Shown: one piece after another, positions 59,152 to 64,000 of the stretch | How positions within the stretch are numbered: the first letter of the stretch is position 1 | Layout: the number at the start of each line of letters is the position of its first letter | Assembly (NCBI GenBank): GCA_045863235.1 | Contig: BTUM01000001.1 | Coordinates: forward strand, 1-64,000 | Origin: Candidatus Xenobia bacterium | Lineage (GTDB): Bacteria; Vulcanimicrobiota; Xenobia; Xenobiales; QWHO01 | Direction of reading: 5' to 3' | DNA: 64,000 nt | Notes under the pieces: generated by a model | Told to the model about the DNA's origin: nothing | Databases searched by the model: none | What the model saw: the letters and a program-made list of their open reading frames with translations, nothing else | Made by a program: the position numbers and the translations under genes

Positions 59152-59340
59152 CAGGCTTAGGCAAAAGCGCTTGTGGTGGCGGAGCCCGGCTTCGACACCA
59201 CAGGATATTGTGTAGAGCCTGCTGCCGTTGAGCACGGGATGATGCAAAAGCTCTCTTCGAGGACTTTTGCGTCACTCTGCCAGGTCTTGCGGCCGGCGGC
59301 TCTTCTGCTATACTGGGCCAAGTCTTTCCTCGAGGTGAGG

Positions 59341-59961
59341 GTGCTGGGAACAAAGCGTCTGGCGGGTTTGATCCTGATGGGCCAGATACTTCTGGCGGTC
59401 ACGGTCGGGTGCGGTTCCGGGAGTGGCGGAGGGGAAGCCACCCCCACCGCCACTCCAGCCACTGCTACTTCTCCATCCCCGGAGCCGGCTGCATCCCCTG
59501 CCGCTTCGTCTTCTCCCTCCAGCCATCGGTCGGGCCTCAAGTCGGCCACTTTGCAGTCCTCGAGAGGACTTCCCTGGCAGCTGGTGGCCGAGGAGGTGGA
59601 ATGGAGCGATCCGACCCGCCGGGCGCGAGCCCTGAAGGTTGAGTTCACACTGTGGGACAAGGCCAAGCAGAAGAAGACTCTGGTAGCTGCTTCAGGAGCC
59701 GATGTGGATGTCGATTCCGAGCGGGTCGAGTTCCAGGGGCGGGTGACCGCAATCGGCCCCGAGGGAGAGTCGTTGACTGTGAATCGACTGGTGTGGGATG
59801 GGAAGGAACGTCAGTTCCTTGGTGATCGGGGAGTGCGTGTCGAGCGGGCGGGCTCCGTGGTCGAAGGCGAGCGGCTGATTGCTTCTCCAGATCTGCGCCA
59901 TTTCGAGATTCTGGGCGGGGTGCGGGGGGTCATGCAGGTCGAGGAAGGTCCCGAGTCTTGA
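59341..59961 (+). CDS. LptC-like LPS export protein, probable lipoprotein
   Basis: GTG start after GAGGTGAGG; hydrophobic stretch ending TVGC; beta-jellyroll-like W.L.A..L.W pattern; directly upstream of lptB. Confidence 0.7.
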   Translation: MLGTKRLAGLILMGQILLAVTVGCGSGSGGGEATPTATPATATSPSPEPAASPAASSSPSSHRSGLKSATLQSSRGLPWQLVAEEVEWSDPTRRARALKVEFTLWDKAKQKKTLVAASGADVDVDSERVEFQGRVTAIGPEGESLTVNRLVWDGKERQFLGDRGVRVERAGSVVEGERLIASPDLRHFEILGGVRGVMQVEEGPES

Positions 59962-60767
59962 ACATCAGGCTCGAGCAACTGGTCAAGGCTTACCGCCGCC
60001 GCCGCGTCGTGGATGGCGTCAGCTTGACCGTTGAGAAGGGCGAGGTGGTCGGGCTGCTCGGTTCGAACGGGGCTGGCAAGACGACCACCTTCTCGATGGT
60101 CGTGGGCCTGGTCAAGCCCACCGCCGGCCAGATCTTTCTGGGTGCCCGGGAGGTGACCGGGCTGCCGATGGCCACCCGAGCTCGGCTCGGCATCGGGTAT
60201 CTGGCCCAGGAACCCTCCATCTTCAGGCACCTGTCGGTTGAGGAGAATCTCCGCTTGATCTGGGAGGTGCGCGGTGTACCGGCCGCTCTCCAGGCCGAGA
60301 AATTGGAAGCTCTGCTGGGAGAGTTCTCGCTCAAGCGAGTGCGCAAGAGTGCCGCTTATGTCTTGTCCGGGGGCGAGCGTAGACGGGTCGAGATCGCCCG
60401 TTCGCTGGCCATGAACCCCGACTTTTTGCTACTCGACGAGCCCTTCACCGGGGTCGATCCCATCGCCGTGAACGAGATCCAGGAGATCATCGTGCGTTTG
60501 CGCGAGCGAGGGATCGGGATCCTGATTACCGACCACAACGTGCGTGAGACTCTGGCCATAACCGATCGCGCCTACATCATTCGGGACGGCCGCATCCTGG
60601 TGGCCGGAAATGCCCGCGAGATCGGGAATAGCGAGCTGGCTCGGCAGTTCTATCTGGGCGAGAACTTCCGCATGCCCGATGAGCCCGAGGTCGGCATGGT
60701 GGCCGTGGGAGCGGGTGCAGAGCCCAGGGAGAAGCCGGGGGCGAACGGCGGCGCCAACGGGCACTGA
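59958..60767 (+). CDS. lptB: LPS export ABC transporter ATP-binding protein
   Basis: GEVVGLLGSNGAGKTT, GIGYLAQEPSIFR, LSGGERRRVEIAR, LLDEPFTGVDP, ITDHNVRETL, YLGENF. Confidence 0.95.
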   Translation: MNIRLEQLVKAYRRRRVVDGVSLTVEKGEVVGLLGSNGAGKTTTFSMVVGLVKPTAGQIFLGAREVTGLPMATRARLGIGYLAQEPSIFRHLSVEENLRLIWEVRGVPAALQAEKLEALLGEFSLKRVRKSAAYVLSGGERRRVEIARSLAMNPDFLLLDEPFTGVDPIAVNEIQEIIVRLRERGIGILITDHNVRETLAITDRAYIIRDGRILVAGNAREIGNSELARQFYLGENFRMPDEPEVGMVAVGAGAEPREKPGANGGANGH

Positions 60768-60773
60768 ACCGAC

Positions 60774-61907
60774 ATGGTCAAGATCCTCGATCGTTATATT
60801 ATGCAGGAGATGCTCGGCCCGTTTTTCTTTGGACTGGCGGCATTCAGTATCCTGTTCTTTTCGGTTGAGTCCCTGATGGGGGTCGTACGGATGGTGCTCG
60901 ATGGCCACGCGGGAGTTTCCGTCGTGGCTGAGTACATCTGGAACAGGCTGCCCATGGTACTGGTCTACACCTTTCCGATGGCGGTGCTATTGGCTTCCTT
61001 GTTGACCTTTGGCCGACTCTCCGGCGAGTCGGAGCTGGTGGCGATGAAGGCTGGTGGGATTGGATTCCTGCGCGTGGCCTTTCCCGGACTGGTTTTTGCC
61101 TTGCTGATGACGGGCGTGGCCGCATGGATGAATGAGTACGTCGTGCCTCCCACCATGAAGCGGGCGATGAACCTTTTCATGCTTCACCGCCAGCCAGATG
61201 AGATGGAGCAGTCGCTGTTCACCACGCCCCGGAAGTTGGCCAATGGCCAGGAGCAGGTGGTCTACGCCCACAGCCTCAATACCAAGCAGCGCGAGATGCG
61301 CGGCGTGTTTATCCACTTTTTTTACGAGGGACAACGACGCCGCGAGATCTACGCCGAGGTGGCTCAATGGAACGGGCAGGTATGGCTGCTGAAGAACCTG
61401 CGCGAGGTCGAGTTTGGTAGTCAGCAAGAGGCCATCTTCGAAGTGCGTGGTGACGAGGGCTGGACCCCAATGAGTTTGGCCGAGGCGCCCCCCGGGCCCG
61501 AGGAGCTTTCTCGACGTAAGTTTCGGCCCGAGGAGATGAGTCGAGCTGAGATTCTACGCCGGTTGGCCGAGTTTCCCAAACCCGTCACAGGTCCTGAGGG
61601 GGACACTCAGACCGAGAAGGTCAAGAATCGGCTCTGGGTGGCTTACCATCAGAAGCTTTCCATCGCCTGGTGTTGTCTGGTGTTCGGTGCCTTCGCCATT
61701 CCCCTCGGGGTGCGGCCTCATCGGACCAGCACCTCCATGGGCATGGGCTTGTCGGTCTTTTTCATTCTGGTCTATCATGTGATGATGACGCTAGGAATGG
61801 TGATGGGCGAGTCGGGGGCGATCTCTCCCCTGCTCGGTGCCTGGTTCCCGAATCTGATTTTTGGTGTTCTGGGAATCTTTTTTCTCGTCGACGCGTCACG
61901 TAAGTAG
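60774..61907 (+). CDS. LptF/LptG family permease
   Basis: ILDRYI, PMAVLLASLLTFGRLS.ESELVAMKAGG, GAWFPN. Confidence 0.93.
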   Translation: MVKILDRYIMQEMLGPFFFGLAAFSILFFSVESLMGVVRMVLDGHAGVSVVAEYIWNRLPMVLVYTFPMAVLLASLLTFGRLSGESELVAMKAGGIGFLRVAFPGLVFALLMTGVAAWMNEYVVPPTMKRAMNLFMLHRQPDEMEQSLFTTPRKLANGQEQVVYAHSLNTKQREMRGVFIHFFYEGQRRREIYAEVAQWNGQVWLLKNLREVEFGSQQEAIFEVRGDEGWTPMSLAEAPPGPEELSRRKFRPEEMSRAEILRRLAEFPKPVTGPEGDTQTEKVKNRLWVAYHQKLSIAWCCLVFGAFAIPLGVRPHRTSTSMGMGLSVFFILVYHVMMTLGMVMGESGAISPLLGAWFPNLIFGVLGIFFLVDASRK

Positions 61908-61940
61908 AGTCTTCTCGGAACGCGTTCTTGGAGTAGTCAG

Positions 61941-62927
61941 GTGACAACGATCCTGAGGGTAATGCTGGTTTACCTTGTCGTGGCGGCCCTCTCGGGAGGG
62001 ATCGCCTACCTTGGCAACCAGCTTGGGCGCCATGTGGGGCGCAAGAAAATGAGCGTCTTCGGGATGCGCCCACGCCACACGTCCATTTTTGTGACCACCA
62101 TTACTGGAATGATGATCGCTCTTGGAACTTTGACGCTCGCAGCCGTGCTTGCCAAGGATGTGCGCCAGTTGCTGGCCGGCACCGAGGAGCTCGAGCGTCG
62201 TCAGCGCGAGCTCTCCGAGCAGGTTTCCCGTTTGACCGATACGCTGGAGAGCGGCAACCTGATCTGGGGAATCGATCAGCCGATTTTCTTGGGCACACTA
62301 CCCCCTGGCATCCCGGCCGAGAATATCGAAGACCAGCTGCGCAACGCGGTGGCTCGGGCCAATCTGGGGACCATCCTCAAGTACAATGAAATGGCTCGAT
62401 TGAAGGGCAAGTCTGGAGTTCCTGTCGACGAGGTACTGTTGTCTTTTGATTCCCGGCTTCTGCGAGAGTTGGCTGATCGGGTCCGCAATAGCCCCGAGGT
62501 GTTCGGCTTGCGTGTCGTGGCCGGACGCAACTACCTGCTTGGCGATACCGAGCCTCTGGCGGTCCATTTCAGCCTGTTTCCGGTCAAGCGGGTGTTTCGA
62601 GCTGGCGAGGTGGTGGCCAGCAAGATCGTCGACCCTCATAATCCAACCTTCCTCATCGAGTGGTATCAGTTTCTTGAGGAGATCAAGCAAGCAGCTCTTA
62701 AAGCTGGCATGATGAACGGTCCTGATGGGGGACTCGGATTTGAGCTCGACTCGGAGACAATGAATTCCTTGATCCAGAGTATCGAAGAGGAGCCGGGACT
62801 GGCGACGCTTGAGGCTGTCGCCCAGAAGGATCTGTATCAGTCGAGCAGCCTGGAATTGAAGATCGTCGTCCGACCGGCGGGGGACGCCGCACGCAACGGT
62901 CGGACGGCCAGGGTTGAAGTCCGATGA
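61941..62927 (+). CDS. DUF3084-like protein
   Basis: GGIAYLG..LGR.VGRKK.SVFG.RPRHTSIFVT..TG N-terminal motif. Confidence 0.8.
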   Translation: MTTILRVMLVYLVVAALSGGIAYLGNQLGRHVGRKKMSVFGMRPRHTSIFVTTITGMMIALGTLTLAAVLAKDVRQLLAGTEELERRQRELSEQVSRLTDTLESGNLIWGIDQPIFLGTLPPGIPAENIEDQLRNAVARANLGTILKYNEMARLKGKSGVPVDEVLLSFDSRLLRELADRVRNSPEVFGLRVVAGRNYLLGDTEPLAVHFSLFPVKRVFRAGEVVASKIVDPHNPTFLIEWYQFLEEIKQAALKAGMMNGPDGGLGFELDSETMNSLIQSIEEEPGLATLEAVAQKDLYQSSSLELKIVVRPAGDAARNGRTARVEVR

Positions 62928-63358
62928 TCGTGTTGGCTGTCGATCCTGGTCGACGCAAGTGTGGCCTGGCGGTCGTTTCTCTCACTGGAGTGATGGAGCG
63001 GAGCATCGTTCCAACCGAGCAGCTCGAGGTCGTCATCGAACAGATGTATGGTCGGCATTCTCCGGGGGCCCTGGTGGTAGGAGGCAGCACCGGCTCCAAA
63101 GAAGTCATCAAGCGTCTCAAACGTGTTCTCTCTCTGAGTCCGCGGGTGGTGGACGAGCGTTACACCACCGAGCGAGCTCGCAAACGTTACTTTATCGACC
63201 ATCCGCCCCGCGGTATTTGGAAACTGGTTCCGCTGGGCCTGCAAGTGCCGCCTGAGCCCTACGATGATTATGCCGCGGTCGTGATGGCCGAGGAGTTCCT
63301 GGCCGCCGAAGCGGGGAAGAAAGCCGACTCGATTGCGTCGGAGGATGTAGATGCGTAG
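62924..63358 (+). CDS. YqgF/RuvX-like RNase H-fold nuclease
   Basis: LAVDPGRRKCGLAVV, VDERYTT..AR, DDYAAVV. Confidence 0.85.
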   Translation: MIVLAVDPGRRKCGLAVVSLTGVMERSIVPTEQLEVVIEQMYGRHSPGALVVGGSTGSKEVIKRLKRVLSLSPRVVDERYTTERARKRYFIDHPPRGIWKLVPLGLQVPPEPYDDYAAVVMAEEFLAAEAGKKADSIASEDVDA

Positions 63359-64000
63359 ATTGCTGGTCATTTTACTGTTGCTGGCCCTCACCCCGGCCCT
63401 TCCGGCCAAGGAGAAGAAGGATAAGAAGCAGTCCAAGATGCCGTCTCTGGCCGGCATCGTCATGAAGGGCACCGGCGGCAACAGTCCCCTTGGCTACGAG
63501 CCGGTTGCTGGAGCCGAAGTTTCCCTCCAGGGCACCGATCGCAAGACGGTCACCAACGAGGGTGGCTATTACGAGTTCTATGAGCTCGAGGGGGGGGACT
63601 ACACGGTCAACGTGATGGCCGCCCACTATGCGCCCGTCCAGAAGACCGTGCGGGTCACCAACGGGCCGACGCCGACTCTGGCTAACGTGAGCATGCTTCC
63701 CGAGGGAACCATGCTGATCAGCAATACTCCCGTCGGCCCGGGTACTGCCTACGTGGCCTTCGCGGCCCGCCAGATCAATCAGGCCACGACCATGACGGGG
63801 GTTATGAGCCAGGGCTTCCCGCTTCAAACCCAGGAAGCATATCGCGGTGCCATCGCAGCCGGTGCCGATCCGCTGGGCCTGAGCGGCAATCCGGTGGTTT
63901 CCCCCAGCATAGGTCCTGGATTTGCTGATCAGCATGCCATCGACGTCAATCCGAATTCTCTGATGATGATTCCCAGTGGAAACTTGAGCCAGACCGGCTA
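63351..64000 (+). CDS. Secreted protein with carboxypeptidase-regulatory-like domain (runs off the window)
   Basis: MRRLLVILLLLALTPALPA signal peptide after GGAGG; PVAGAEV..TNEGGYYEF..L.GG.YTV.V; no stop codon seen before 64000. Confidence 0.75.
   Translation, partial: MRRLLVILLLLALTPALPAKEKKDKKQSKMPSLAGIVMKGTGGNSPLGYEPVAGAEVSLQGTDRKTVTNEGGYYEFYELEGGDYTVNVMAAHYAPVQKTVRVTNGPTPTLANVSMLPEGTMLISNTPVGPGTAYVAFAARQINQATTMTGVMSQGFPLQTQEAYRGAIAAGADPLGLSGNPVVSPSIGPGFADQHAIDVNPNSLMMIPSGNLSQTG

Noticed and set aside
63372..63935. 187-aa minus-strand ORF
   Set aside because: Shadow of the plus-strand signal-peptide gene starting at 63351, which the track missed because it has no stop in the window
1..64000. 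CRISPR array, IS/transposase, integrase, prophage, rRNA, tRNA
   Set aside because: None recognised by eye; no regularly spaced repeats or mobile-element motifs

Overview
High-GC bacterial chromosome segment starting 100 bp before dnaA, so probably the start of a dnaA-rotated chromosome. It is mostly core genome: dnaA-oriC-dnaN, rimP-nusA-ylxR-infB-rbfA, infC-rpmI-rplT with an L20-leader-like attenuator, thrS, sdhCAB, a fused 2-oxoacid dehydrogenase E1, nfo and an lptC-lptB-lptF/G-DUF3084-yqgF cluster. Interspersed are peptidases (M29, an M16 pair, CPBP, M14-like, CHAT), partner-switching signalling proteins and orphan low-complexity proteins. Firmicutes-like leaders and gene order combined with Lpt genes suggest a diderm Terrabacteria lineage, possibly Vulcanimicrobiota/Eremiobacterota (inference only). 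I saw no rRNA, tRNA, CRISPR array, transposase or prophage. Most interesting signals: (1) an unannotated ~120-nt sRNA (53395-53518, minus) with its own sigma70 promoter beside DnaA boxes and an exposed 11-nt seed complementary to the dnaN ribosome-binding site; (2) a NuoI subunit with a whole GltD/DsrL-like NAD(P)H flavin module inserted, a possible alternative electron input for complex I; (3) a lone TOMM-type YcaO directly behind rplT; (4) a 25-aa ORF with its own promoter and terminator; (5) a DnaA-box/GTGG-repeat non-coding module present twice; (6) a ~265-nt structured insert between infB and rbfA; (7) a shared activator-like repeat array upstream of two Gly/Gln-rich orphan genes. All family calls come from motif recognition by eye; no database search was run.
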